DNA from: Patellaria atrata CBS 101060
Lineage: Eukaryota
Assembly: GCA_010093705.1 (NCBI GenBank)
Contig: MU006105.1
Span: forward strand, 549,373 to 613,372
DNA length: 64,000 nt
Direction of reading: 5' to 3'
Part shown: positions 11,736-24,528 of the stretch, piece by piece
Numbering within the stretch: position 1 is the stretch's first letter
Layout: each line of letters starts with the position of its first letter
Program-made: the position numbers and the translations under genes
Notes under the pieces: generated by a model
What the model saw: the letters and a program-made list of their open reading frames with translations, nothing else
The model's database searches: none
What the model was told of the DNA's origin: nothing

Positions 11736-13012
11736 ATGGACGCTCCTCTCGTAGTTAAGCTTCTGACTATAATTTTCGTTACGATATGTAATGCAGAGCC
11801 TCTAGTCGACTATGATCGCGGCTTTTCTCGACCCGTGAACAATGGCCCCTTCCCGGAGCTCAGATATCGCAATGAATCATTTGAGATATTCCAAACTCCC
11901 GCGTTCGATGCCATATCCGCAGAGCTCCTGGAACCCAGTTCAAACCACGCACAAAGAGACCTTTTTTCACGTCAGAGGACCTGTTTATATTCAAACTATT
12001 GTGCGCCGCCATTTCAATAGTTCTAGTGTATTTTTCCCTCTAACGCCTGGTAGATCTCTGCTCGGACGGATTTACATGCTGTCCTAACGGTTCTGATTGC
12101 ATGGGCAACGGTATATGCTGTCCAACAGGTCAAGAACTTTGCGGATCTTCAGCCTGTTACAACCCGGCGACGGAAAACTGCTGTGGGAACGGGTACCATT
12201 GCGAGCGACCATACGTCTGTGCTAATGGGCGTTGTTACCCTCCTTCGTACAGACAATGCGGCTCGACGTTAGTATAACACTTGGATAGCATCCCAGTGGA
12301 GGACAAAATCGTTGACACTCACAATGCGCATAGAAACTACTATGATCCAGCTACCCAAGTCTGCTGTGAGGGCGGTGGGACCTGCGACCGCGGTGAGGCA
12401 TGCTGTGGTAACGGCTACTGCCACGATCCAGCTCGGAGTATATGCTGTACCGGATCTGACCGCGTCTGGACCTGCGCCCCCGACGCCCAATGTTGCGATA
12501 CTCCAGGTGTGTGTCGCGGACGCGGTGAGATCTGCTGCGAGAACGGCTCCTGCGACGCTGGAGAAAGTTGCTGCGGGAACCAATGTTGTTACAGCTTTGC
12601 AACGTGCGGTAGCGACGGTTGGTGCTCTGCGACCACAACCTCGATCCGGACACGTACGCGGGTGCAGACGTTTACCTCCGAGCGTGTTTTCACCCGATCG
12701 TCTACTTACGAAGTTGTCTTTACCCGGACGTCGACTTCGGAAGTGGTTGTTGTGCAGAGTCAGACTCCTACTCGGAGTGTTAGCATGCCCCAGATTCCTA
12801 CACCGAGACTACCGACTCAGGCGGATGAACCAACTCAGAACGGCGATTTCGGCCTCGTTTGCAACGTCACTGGCTCCGTTACCACTGGTACTGGAACAAA
12901 CGTAGCTTGCGTCGCAGCTGAAACAACATTCACACAAGCTGGTGTCATGGTTCGTGTGAACTGGATCCCTCTATCCGGATGTATTTTCATATTCCTCCTT
13001 ATAGCTCTTTAA
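11736..13012 (+). CDS. Secreted cysteine-rich, probably GPI-anchored cell-surface protein
   Basis: Signal-like MDAPLVVKLLTIIFVTICNA; introns 12001-12053 and about 12267-12333 keep the frame; repeated C-x-C/CC modules (CYNPATENCC, YYDPATQVCC, CHDPARSICC), a Ser/Thr-rich stalk and a hydrophobic C-terminus IFIFLLIAL. Confidence 0.8.
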
Positions 13013-13069
13013 CCCCCACTCTTCTGCTCTCTTAATCTGGCCATTAATTTAGTAGTAATACCTATATAC

Positions 13070-14016
13070 CAGTAATGGCCGTGAATTGGATTCAGGTGGA
13101 TCTGGACTGGATTTTCAACGCGGTTTGACGTGGATTTGGATTCGACTAGTCGTGGATTGGATTTGGATTCGATACTCAAAAAATCCAGGAAATCCGGATC
13201 CATATTATAGTTGTAGATTTTTTTTTTTTTAGAAAAAATGGTGTTGTATGTGTCGTTTTGGGTAATGTAGTAGGGGGAGTAGGCCAGAGCATCAGCCATA
13301 TGGTGCTCTCTGCTCGGGCTTTAACTGTAAATCTCCCAAACAAAATCTTCAAAATTTCCAAATCTATTGTATGCCAATTATCTCATCTCCAATTGATATG
13401 GACAGTTTTGTTACTACTCGTTCGTCTGCCCGGGCTGCCGTGCCATCGAAGAAGCTTAGAGAGACTCAAGAGGATGAAACGAACCACTTTACTAATAGTA
13501 ACCTAAAGTATCCAACACAAATCTATTAACTATCCTCGCATACGACGGCGACGGTGACGGCGACTTGCTTGCCTCAAGGGTGGTACCCTTAATAGCATTA
13601 CCGTTACTATCTATTCGATGGGCCCGTTCGAAGTGCTTGAGTATATGTGTCCGTCCGTTTTGAGTACCTACTAACACTCAGCTATCCCGGGGCGATCGGG
13701 ATGATTTCAGAGATTTTATAGATCTAGATACTTACAGATTCGCTCGTACGTAAAGTCCTTCTTGATATCAAGACATAACGTACAGTAGAAATACGAATTT
13801 TTATTAACCCCCTACTACATTACCCAAAACAACACCTACAACACCATTTTTTTTTTTAAAAAAAAAAATCTACAACTATAATATGGATCTGGATTTCCTG
13901 GATTTTTTGAGTATCGAATCTAAATCCAATCCACGACTAGTCTAATCCAAATCCACGTCAAATCGCGTTGAAAATCCAGTCCAGATCCACCTGAATCCAA
14001 TCCACGGCCATCACTG
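13070..14016. mobile_element. Non-autonomous hAT-like DNA transposon with about 205-bp terminal inverted repeats
   Basis: Left end CAGTAATGGCCGTG... (13070-13276) is the reverse complement of ...CACGGCCATCACTG (13808-14016). Internal BED-finger fragment YCTLC...KHFERAH on the minus strand. No TSD visible. Confidence 0.9.
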
Positions 14017-14512
14017 ATGAAGAGTAAACGCGTATTCCTGAAAAACCAAACCGAGGGGAGAGAAAAGTCAAACTAGGCTACAGCCTGGAAGTTCTGTGGG
14101 CTTTCTCGCTTAAGTCGGAAAACTGCGGGCCGAAAAGGGGTTAGGTGAGGTGTTCGGGGGGAGCGTTGCTGGAGCAATATTGGGCGGAACAACTGCTAGC
14201 AACCAACCTGGGTAGTTTCAAGCTTCGATGCAAGCGTTCACTTCTGAATATTAAGGCAAAAAGAAGAGTTCATACGGATTAATAGATGAAGTGCAAGTGA
14301 CTAAAGAGGGAGGGGTACAAATTCTGAATTCTCTATGATAATCGTACAACTGATTTTGAGATCGACGCCGAAGCATAACTGATAGTACAGTTGCAATGAA
14401 ATCTCATAACTATCCTCCCATCATAACTCCAGGTGCCTATTGATCAACGCCAAAGAATCCACCACTCCTCCGTACAGTGTCGTGCCAGACCATACCGCCA
14501 CCTCCCTACAAC

Positions 14513-15263
14513 CTAACGCTCAACCCCACAAGTCTGCTTGTTCTTTGCGCAATAGGCGCAACTCTTCGTATAATCTCCTCTATGGGTTCCCGGAACAGAC
14601 CACCGCCCATCGTACCCGTCAACAAACACTCTACACTCCAACCCCCTCCAGACGCAATTGGAGCACGCCTTCCTTGCCGGCTTACCAGAATTGCCATGGT
14701 CGAGCTCCCACTGTATGCCTTTGCCATGGAAGTACTGCCTGTTGGGCCCTTTTCCCTGCAAGCAGTACGCGTAGGGGGCTTCGAGGAACTTGGTGCCGGG
14801 GAAGGGGCCAGGGGATGCGGAGGGGCTCATGGCTGCTGGCATCCTGCTGGTATGGTACGGGATGATGGTGGATTGAGGGGCCATATTGGTCGGAATGTTC
14901 ATCGCGGCTGAGAGAACTGAGGACCAGTACGGCGCCGTATCTACACGGCGAGGGAATGCATAGGGCACTGACCCAGTGGTATTGGCGTAGTTTGGGCCAA
15001 TTGAATTGATCCATGTTTGCACAGCCGTATTAACTGCATTTTTTTGATCTGTACTTTACGTTAGTATTTGTTTTTAAGATATATCATGAATTAGGCGGTT
15101 GAATAGATAATTACGTACTGTACGGTTCTACCACCGCACTCCCAGCTTCCACCGCACCACCAGCTTCCACCGCAGACTCCGAACCTTTGCACTTGTACGG
15201 AAAAGACCAACCATCATAAGCGGTGGTGGGATCAGGATATGTGTATGACTTTGTGTTATCCAT
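14513..15263 (-). CDS. 226-aa orphan protein with a C-terminal Zn2Cys6-like motif
   Basis: ATG at 15263; intron 15118-15049 (GTACGT...TACTAAC...CAG) joins ORF 15022-14513 in frame; C-x2-C-x6-C-x24-C-x2-C-x6-C at the C-terminus; TATA-like element and CT-rich leader upstream. Confidence 0.7.
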
Positions 15264-16164
15264 GTCGTGTACAGTGTTGTGTTATGAAGTAAATAAAGGA
15301 GCAAAGATGTGTTGACTGTGAAGATGTTGTTGTGGTTGTGATATTATGTCGATGATGATGAAGGAAAGATGAAGATTTTGACCTTTAAATAATGAGGAAC
15401 TTCAGTAACTACGGCTAAACAAGTGACCTATTGTGCGTAAATTTGGTTTAGGGTCAGAAATAGGGTTAGGAATAGGAAAGAATGAGGGTCACACGAAAGG
15501 TAAGGTACAAACCTACCGTTTGCATGCTCAAAAGGCGCCATATTAGGCTCGACTTTCATTTATTTGTGATTGTCGTATACCAGGACTCTCTAACAGACGA
15601 TTCATTAAATTCAAATATCCAGGAGCGAAAAGATTATAGATTCTGTACACAAATGTCCAGATACTGAGATACACATAATACATCAAACGCGAAAGGGTGG
15701 GAGACGTGTCTCTGAGGCTTTACAACACATATGTTTGTTTATGAATCATGTCTTACACTTTACTCTGTGATATCTAGCACTACTGAGTAACTTTACGCTT
15801 GTTGTATAAAAGGAAGGAGAACTGTTTGATCGAGTTTAGTAAAACATATTGCAATTAAGAGTACGTAGCAAAGTTGAAGGTCTGCTAACCAAAAAACGAA
15901 CACTAAGTCAGGAGTATTTCTGCAATATGAGGATTGAATTTTGTAAGGAGACATCTCGCTACTTGATAGAATGAACTATCGCTAAAACTTACTGGCTGAA
16001 GCGAATAAGGAAATTTTAAAAGAAAAGTTTAAAACCCCCGTAATGAGACATGGAATGGAATGAGAGGGACCTGATAGAAAGTATGATTTTACAGAAATCC
16101 GAATCCGAAGTATGAACTCCACCGTATTACCATTAGTCAGACAATTCTCCCATTTAGACGTTTC

Positions 16165-16335
16165 ACTCTTATTCAGACTATCAATCCTTCTTAGACGGTC
16201 CACCTCCCTTGAACGATTCACCCTATTTGGACGACTCACCCCGCCCAGGTATTTAGTCCTGTTCAGATAATTCGCCCTATTCAGACAATTCACCCTCCTC
16301 ATAAGCTTCACCCTGCTTAGACGGTTCACCCTTCT
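16165..16335 (-). repeat. Degenerate 18-bp tandem repeat (about 9 units)
   Basis: Units such as AAGGGTGAACCGTCTAAG, CAGGGTGAAGCTTATGAG, GAGGGTGAATTGTCTGAA, TAGGGCGAATTATCTGAA and TAGGGTGAATCGTTCAAG. Confidence 0.75.
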
Positions 16336-18011
16336 CAAGCGACCCACCTAATTTTGGAAGAGGTTTAGCAAGGTCAATGGGGGATCTGTAGCTGGAAAAC
16401 TCCGCACCTCCACATCCAGCATCATGTCCATTGTTCATTTGGACGCAAGCACGTGCAGCTGCGGCCGAAGGAAGTTTGGAAGAGATGCGAGGTGTAGGTG
16501 CAGCTGTAGAAGCCACGCTCGGCGGCTCCGGAGAGTTGAGATCAATAACGATAGCTCTGCGCGCAGGAAGCGGGGGAGGACCCATGGGAGCATTTTGGGG
16601 AGGCGCAGTGTTGACGGCGGGTGAAAGGCGTGTGACTTCGTTAAGAGCCTTCAACTTCTGTGCACGATCCGTAAAGATTGCATACTCAGCACGACCGGTC
16701 AAGTCGGGCAGGCGTGTGTTATTAGCTGGAGGCTTATGTGGGCTGGATGGTGGCTAGAGAGAATATGAGTTAGTGAATGCTACAGAGTATTTCATCCTGA
16801 AGCAGATTGGGAGGAAGAGACGGAAAGGTACAACAATTAGATAAAAGTCAGATGGGTGAAAAGAATAGAGGGAATCGATGTGTATTCATACCGAAGAACT
16901 GTCATGATCAACAGGTTCCCGGGCCCTTCCCTTGCCTTTGTCCTGTTTCTGATCTTCGGGCCCGCTAGTCAGTATGCCCCGTTGCATTTGAGAAAAGAAT
17001 CCCGTAATTGACGGCCTCTTCGGTTCCTGGCCCATATGTTGTGGCTGGTCGTGATAAGGATCGTCCTTATATTGGTCCCAGTTACGCTTGGTCCAATACG
17101 ATCTTCCAAGATGCGATCCCTAAATATTTGTGTTATTTTCAATCCATACTAGCCCATTTGGTAAAGCTACTCACTTGGTGCACGGGTCTTACAACTTCGA
17201 GATTCTGTGGTGGTGCTTGAGCCCTGGGACCAGGCTGAGAAATATTCACGCCACCTTGAGGTTGCATACCGTGTGGAAGGTTCACGCGTTGAAAACTTGC
17301 TTGCGAAGGATCCTGTATCCAAACCCGATCTTGTCCCATCAGCAAAGCTTTTCAGAATTATGGAGTAGAATAGTGAAACTGACTCATTCCTGAAGACATA
17401 TTGGGCCTCAAAATATTGGTAGCGTGAGGTACAAGATGAGTGGCAGCGCCATTATAGGCTTGTGCCATAGATCTAACTGCTTGACCCGCGGTATGAAAAT
17501 ATTGCTCAACACCAGATATCCACTCATTTGACTCTTCAAGCATCCCAATCACCGCAGCTCCTACCTTATCGTCATCCCAGTTGTGTAGACAATCTCCAAG
17601 CTTGTTAATAGCGTGTGCATCATATAATGCCTACAGGTGACCGGTTGTATCAGCTTATTGTAAAGAGGGTAAATAAGGAGTACTTACATCGGCAAAAGCA
17701 CGACTATTGTATGGCGCAGATCCCGGATATAATCTACGAAATAGTTCCGCTAACAATTCATGCGTGAACGCCAACTGGTCGAGTGGTTGAGGGTTTCGAG
17801 GAATGTGAACGACACTGTTGATGGAAGATAAAAGAGCTGGACCGAGACGTCTAGATGGTTCCGACGATATGTTAAGCTCGGTAGATGAAGACGAAGACTC
17901 ATCATGTTGCTGTGGTCGAGTTGAAGACTCATAGTATCGTTGCTGTTGGCCTGAAGACTCATAGTGTCGTTGTTGAGCTGAGGACACATCGTGCTGCTGT
18001 TGTTTAGGCAT
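16277..18011 (-). CDS. Multi-exon orphan protein, low complexity
   Basis: ORF-track pieces 18215-17655, 17552-17358, 17345-17139 and 16702-16277 are separated by GT...AG introns with branch sites (donors near 17686, 17383, 17173, 16891). The start could lie further upstream, as the frame is open to 18215. Confidence 0.55.
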
Positions 18012-19100
18012 GACTCGATCGCAAGGGCGTTGGCTGAATGTGTAGACAGATGAATATAGACCTCCGGGACTCCCGTGAGGCGTCGAGACAGAAGAGAAGT
18101 CCCAAGCCCTAGACAGTTTGAGGAGAAACAACCAAGTGGCCTCAAATCCCGAGAGGATTAAGTGGGCGAGGTGTGTAAGGATGGTGGAAAAAAAGGAAAA
18201 AGAAAATTTACGCAAAGATATGGAGCAGCCGAGGTCAGCTGACTGTCGTGATGATAAGAGACTGCCGCGAACTTGACGTGTACTCAGTCAAAGAGCGTTG
18301 GAGCAAAAGCGGTAGGACAGCTTCAACTTCGGTCGAGTATGATGAAGCAGCTTGGCCAAAGGGTGTTAGAGCAAAGACAAAAAGGAATTAGAGAAAAGAA
18401 CTTAGGAGTGTGGGAGATGTAACGGCGAAGAGGCGGAGAAAAGCACAAGGCTAGTTGAGGGAAAAGAGGAAGTATCTATGTCACACACTTGACCTGTTAA
18501 GTTGATGCAGGATTCTGTAGACACGTGACCAATTCGTGTGTGGATGCAAAGGTCACAGAGTAGGTAGCGGTCTGAATGCCTGAGAAGATGGGCCGAAAGA
18601 ATTGTAAGAAAAGCTTGGGACACATATAAGGGATGAATGAGGACGTGCAGAGGTCAGGTATTTGTTTGCGCAGAAGATTACAGACATGTGAGCAATAAAG
18701 AAAATAATGCACAATGTAATCGTGACCGCCCAACATCACGTGTTCAGCTGAAGGACAAGTAATGAATGTATGTTGTGAATTATGCGGGTAATTTTCGGTC
18801 CAGTGACTTGAGATACCTGAATGCTTGAAGAGATATAAAAGAACTACTGGCAGTACTTTTGACGAGAAGAAATGGAGATATTGGAAGAAAATCCGAATAG
18901 ATCATACAACCTAGGAAATGGAAGATCGGGACTGCTACGAGGGACGAGAAATTAGGACTCGCCGACCCCTTTATAGTAGTACTTTAAGAGTAAATAATCG
19001 CACTTAGCCGACTACACCGATGATGCACCTCCGTAACGCCCTTTCAATACCACACTACGCCTAAGAACTCCACGCTGAAGTGTTCAGTTGCAGGGCAAGC

Positions 19101-20269
<1,169 letters not shown>

Positions 20270-20748
20270 CTCTGCGGTGTGTGAACGATACTCGTAGAGG
20301 TAAGGTGAGCAGTACACGAAGGATTGCGCGTCGTGAGGTTCAGAAAAGTTGATATGGTCAAGGCGGTGGAGAGTGGCAATACTAGGTAGAGCGTGGGGGG
20401 CAAAGGCTGGTCGAAAAGGTCGTGGCCAACAAAAATACTGATAACAACACCGCAAGAAATGCTCTAAACAAAGTCAAACTCGGGGATCACGGAGGTCAGA
20501 GTATTTAAAAGCTATACTGCAAGTTTGAGTTTTCTATCTTTCAAAGTGGTGTTGTTATTTTTGGTCTAAGTCGTAATGGAAGCCTTGGGGCACAGTACAA
20601 CTAATTAACCACCCCAAACTGGCAAACTCTGTTTTTTTTACAACCTAATATATCTCCTAACTACGACGAAGTGATATATTTTCCTTATATCCAAGCTAGA
20701 TATGTACCAAATGCAACAATTCAGTCAACCATAGCATAAAGGAAGCAA

Positions 20749-21315
20749 TCATTCTAGGACCTCCCCTTCCGAACCTTCTGTGCCATCCTTCGGCCCAAAG
20801 TATAAAATATCGTGTAGACACTGCGTCCATATGCCATCCTCAATTCTCCACCAGTACTTTACCTTAACAAGCAGACCCTGATTGCCCTCGTTCCACAAAT
20901 CTACTCTCATCCCCTTCCAACCCTCCCGTTTAGCTCTCTCAGCTAGCTCCTCTGCCGTTGCAATCCCAGTCGGAGCAACATGCGCATCTGTCCCATATTC
21001 CGCTTCCTCATCCGACTTTAGTGCCCGGATAGAATAGAGGCCCTTTGCTTTAGTTCCGGGTACCTCTCTATCCGCATCTATGGCTTCAGAAGGTGCAGGA
21101 TTGATGCCGGATGCAGCGGCTTCATGAAGATAGCGGACGATAGTTTGACGGTCTCTCGCCGCATATGAGGGGATTGGACGACATATCTGTAGACATGTGG
21201 GAGAGAAGAAGAGACCTTTGGCATCGATATTTTTGGTATGGCGGTATGAGTGATATAAAGATTTTAGATGGGTAGTAGTCTCCACGTCACTGGTAGAACT
21301 AGTCGCCATGGCCAT
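20749..21315 (-). CDS. Hypothetical protein, possible SnoaL/NTF2-like fold
   Basis: Intact 188-aa ORF with AKGLFFSPTCLQICRP and VKVKYWWRIEDGIWTQCLHDI, which resembles NTF2-like strand patterns. The fold call is inference. Confidence 0.7.
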   Translation of the reverse strand: MAMATSSTSDVETTTHLKSLYHSYRHTKNIDAKGLFFSPTCLQICRPIPSYAARDRQTIVRYLHEAAASGINPAPSEAIDADREVPGTKAKGLYSIRALKSDEEAEYGTDAHVAPTGIATAEELAERAKREGWKGMRVDLWNEGNQGLLVKVKYWWRIEDGIWTQCLHDILYFGPKDGTEGSEGEVLE

Positions 21316-21726
21316 GAATCAATCTGCTTGTATACCTGCAAGACGTGCTGTAAAGAAGATGCAGCTAGTATTTCAATCTACCATCAAACGTATCCGATCG
21401 AAAGCGGTGTCAATAATGTAAAGATACAGTGGCATATAGTGAGTATACCCACCGCCATACAAGAGCTGCCAACAAACTACCAATTAGCAGATACCAGTTG
21501 CTGAGTCACCAATTTGATCTGTTGAATTTGTTGTCGCCGGCACGTCACGCAAGCATCGTTCGTGTTCATGACTCGTGCAACCATAATCGACGTGAAAGTG
21601 CGTCAGTTGTTGAGGTTGAAAGGGGAATCTTGGTGCAAGAGAATTTAGTTTTCTACCACAACTCTCCCCCACCACCTACAACCTCCCCTAAAAGCCATCA
21701 TAGTGATTAAATCCCATTGAAGAACA

Positions 21727-24153
21727 ATGTCCCGTTATCAATTCCCAACCAAACCAAAGGCAAACCCTGAAGCCGTTGTCTCCGGAGATAAGTATAGGTT
21801 TACTGTACTGACGGACCGCTTGATTCGGTATGAGTGGGCCGAAGATGGCATATTTGAGGATCGGGCGTCATGCTTCGCCATCAATCGCGACTTTCCCGTT
21901 CCCGAATTCCGTGTAGTAGACCGAGAAGCCGATTTGGAGATCATTACGAAGTATTTTCACTTGACTTATAACAAGAAAGACTTCACTACTAGCGGTCTCA
22001 ACATCACCTTCCAAGGCACAACCATATGGATGTTCAATTCTATCACATGGCGTTACGATGGAAAGAGTTCAGGAGATCTAGGGGGGACAGCACGTACTCT
22101 GGATTTTACCAATGGCCCTATCCCACTGGAACCAGGTGTATGCTCTAGGACAGGTATTGCTTGCATGGAGGATAGTGAGTCTATGCTTTTCGAAGACGAT
22201 GGTTGGATTGGCACTCGTAAACCAGGAAACCGAAAGGATGGATACGTATTTCTGTATGGCGATGACTATCTTGGGGCGGTGAAAGCATTGCACGCTCTAT
22301 CCGGTAAGCAACCATTGATTCCCCGCTGGGCACTCGGAAATTGGTGGTCTCGATACTACGCTTACTCTGCGGATGAGTACCTCTCTCTCATGGATGAGTT
22401 CACGGATAAGGAGATACCCTTATCTGTAGCCGTGATCGATATGGATTGGCACATAACAGACGTCCCACCACAATATGGCACTGGATGGACTGGCTACACC
22501 TGGAATCGGAAGCTATTCCCTGATCCAGCAGGCTTCCTCGCCGAATTACATAAACGCAAACTTAAGGTCACCCTCAACGATCATCCAGCCGACGGTGTTC
22601 GAATCTTCGAAGACAAATACGAAGACATGGCCAAAGCACTTGGTATTGACCACATAAACAAAGAACCCATCCCCTTCGACCCCACCAACCGCAAATTCCT
22701 AGATGCATTCTTCGATGTCCTAAAACGGAAGATCGAGGGTCAAGGCTGTGATTTCTGGTGGCTTGACTGGCAACAAGGCTCCAGCTGTCGCATCGAAGGT
22801 ATCGATCCCCTTTGGATTCTCAATCACTACCAATACCTGGACAGCGCCCGTGACAACAAGCGTCCCGTCACATTTTCCCGATTCGCAGGACCAGGCTCGC
22901 ATCGCTACCCCATTGGCTTTTCTGGCGACACTCACACTACCTGGAAAGAACTACACTGGCAGCCCGAATTCACCGCTACGGCCTCCAACGTCGGATATGG
23001 ATGGTGGAGCCACGACATTGGCGGCCACATGCATGGTGGCCGCGATGACGAGCTCTCAGCTCGCTGGGTCCAGTTTGGGATGTGGTCGCCCATCCTACGC
23101 CTCCACTCCTCCAACAACCCCTTCAACTCCAAAGAACCCTGGCTCTACGACGCAGAAGCATCTCAAGTCATGAAAAAGGCCATGATCCTCCGCCATTCAC
23201 TAATCCCATACCTCTACACCGCCAATGCCCGCGGGCACGTCGAAGATGAACCCCTATTAATGCCCATGTACTGGAAGTATCCCCGCAGCCGCTCCGCCTA
23301 CGCGGTGCCAAACCAGTACTTCTTCGGCTCCGAACTCATCGTCGCGCCCGTCACGACACCCCGCTCCAAAGCGACCCATCTCGCCCGCACCCGCGTCTGG
23401 TTGCCTCCAGGCCGCCACATCGACATCTTCAGCGGCGACGTCTACGACGGCTCCCGCGAGTTCTGGGCCCACCGCACCCTCGCGCAAACCCCCGTCTTTG
23501 CGCGCGAAGGCTCCATCATCCCCCTAGGCAGCAGCAAGGAGCACTGGAACGGCGCGGAGCTACCTACAGACATCCACCTCATCGTTGTGGTGGGGCAAGA
23601 CGGATCCTTCGAGCTCCTCGAGGACGAAGGAACCGGCGCCGACGCCCACGAAGCCGAATTTGCCCGCACGCCTATAAAGTGGGAGCAGGCGAGTGGGAAG
23701 CTGACGATCGGCCCTGTGGTCGATGACAACAACGTCATCCCCTACGAACGCAAATGGACGGTCCATTTCCTCGGCTGCTCAGACATTCGTCTCGAGAAGA
23801 ACGAGGCGTTCCAGCTCGGTCATCGCAGAATTAGATATAACAGCGGTAATCTCGCTCACGGGGCCACCGTCACCCTTTCCATTTTCCGCGATACCTCGTC
23901 CGCAACCGTCATCCAAGTGGGGGAGAATCTGCAGCTCGACGTGCTGGATGTGCCGAAACGGTGCTATCCCATCGTGTATACGAGCGCGACGGAATATGAT
24001 AAGAAGAGCGTGGTGTGGGAGATTCTGGAGGAGACGGGGCAGTCGTTCAATGTGCGGGCGTCGAAGTTGCTGAGTTGTGATATCGAGCAGGATTTGAAGG
24101 ATGCGCTTGTGGAGGTTTTGTTGGCGGATAGGAGGATACCGTTGGTCCGTTGA
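21727..24153 (+). CDS. Glycoside hydrolase family 31 (alpha-glucosidase/xylosidase-like), intronless
   Basis: PRWALGNWWSRY, VIDMDWH, nucleophile motif FWWLDWQQG, acid/base region GFSGDT, WSHDIGG, RWVQFG and QYFFGSELIVAP. Confidence 0.95.
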   Translation: MSRYQFPTKPKANPEAVVSGDKYRFTVLTDRLIRYEWAEDGIFEDRASCFAINRDFPVPEFRVVDREADLEIITKYFHLTYNKKDFTTSGLNITFQGTTIWMFNSITWRYDGKSSGDLGGTARTLDFTNGPIPLEPGVCSRTGIACMEDSESMLFEDDGWIGTRKPGNRKDGYVFLYGDDYLGAVKALHALSGKQPLIPRWALGNWWSRYYAYSADEYLSLMDEFTDKEIPLSVAVIDMDWHITDVPPQYGTGWTGYTWNRKLFPDPAGFLAELHKRKLKVTLNDHPADGVRIFEDKYEDMAKALGIDHINKEPIPFDPTNRKFLDAFFDVLKRKIEGQGCDFWWLDWQQGSSCRIEGIDPLWILNHYQYLDSARDNKRPVTFSRFAGPGSHRYPIGFSGDTHTTWKELHWQPEFTATASNVGYGWWSHDIGGHMHGGRDDELSARWVQFGMWSPILRLHSSNNPFNSKEPWLYDAEASQVMKKAMILRHSLIPYLYTANARGHVEDEPLLMPMYWKYPRSRSAYAVPNQYFFGSELIVAPVTTPRSKATHLARTRVWLPPGRHIDIFSGDVYDGSREFWAHRTLAQTPVFAREGSIIPLGSSKEHWNGAELPTDIHLIVVVGQDGSFELLEDEGTGADAHEAEFARTPIKWEQASGKLTIGPVVDDNNVIPYERKWTVHFLGCSDIRLEKNEAFQLGHRRIRYNSGNLAHGATVTLSIFRDTSSATVIQVGENLQLDVLDVPKRCYPIVYTSATEYDKKSVVWEILEETGQSFNVRASKLLSCDIEQDLKDALVEVLLADRRIPLVR

Positions 24154-24528
24154 TGATAATACGATGAGATGAAGATATGACGTGCATCATAGAGACACTA
24201 TAGAAGATAAAGGGGGAATAACGACCTTGATGATTGAAGATAGAGTTGTTGGATAGACGCTACACTCGTAGTAGAGGATATAGTAGAAAAGACTTAGAGA
24301 TAGATGTTAGATAACAAGTGCGAGGTAATGATAAAGTAAATTCATATGCATTTCTTACTATCCCAGGGTATCTCCAAGTCGTCTTTTCCAACTCATGATA
24401 CTTACAGAAGCATCTCACATCCGCGTCATAACCATAATCCAGCCCCAAACAAACCCATCCAAATCTGAATCCAACCCAACGTAAGTTCCATATTTACGAC
24501 ACCAATCCGCTTGAACCCAAACCCCAAA

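Noticed and set aside
13062..14024. 8-bp TSD for the hAT-like element
   Set aside because: Left flank CTATATAC and right flank ATGAAGAG do not match.
21727..24153. Recent bacterial horizontal transfer of the GH31 gene
   Set aside because: Lack of introns alone is insufficient; the C-rich to G-rich drift also occurs in native genes here, and this subfamily has fungal members.
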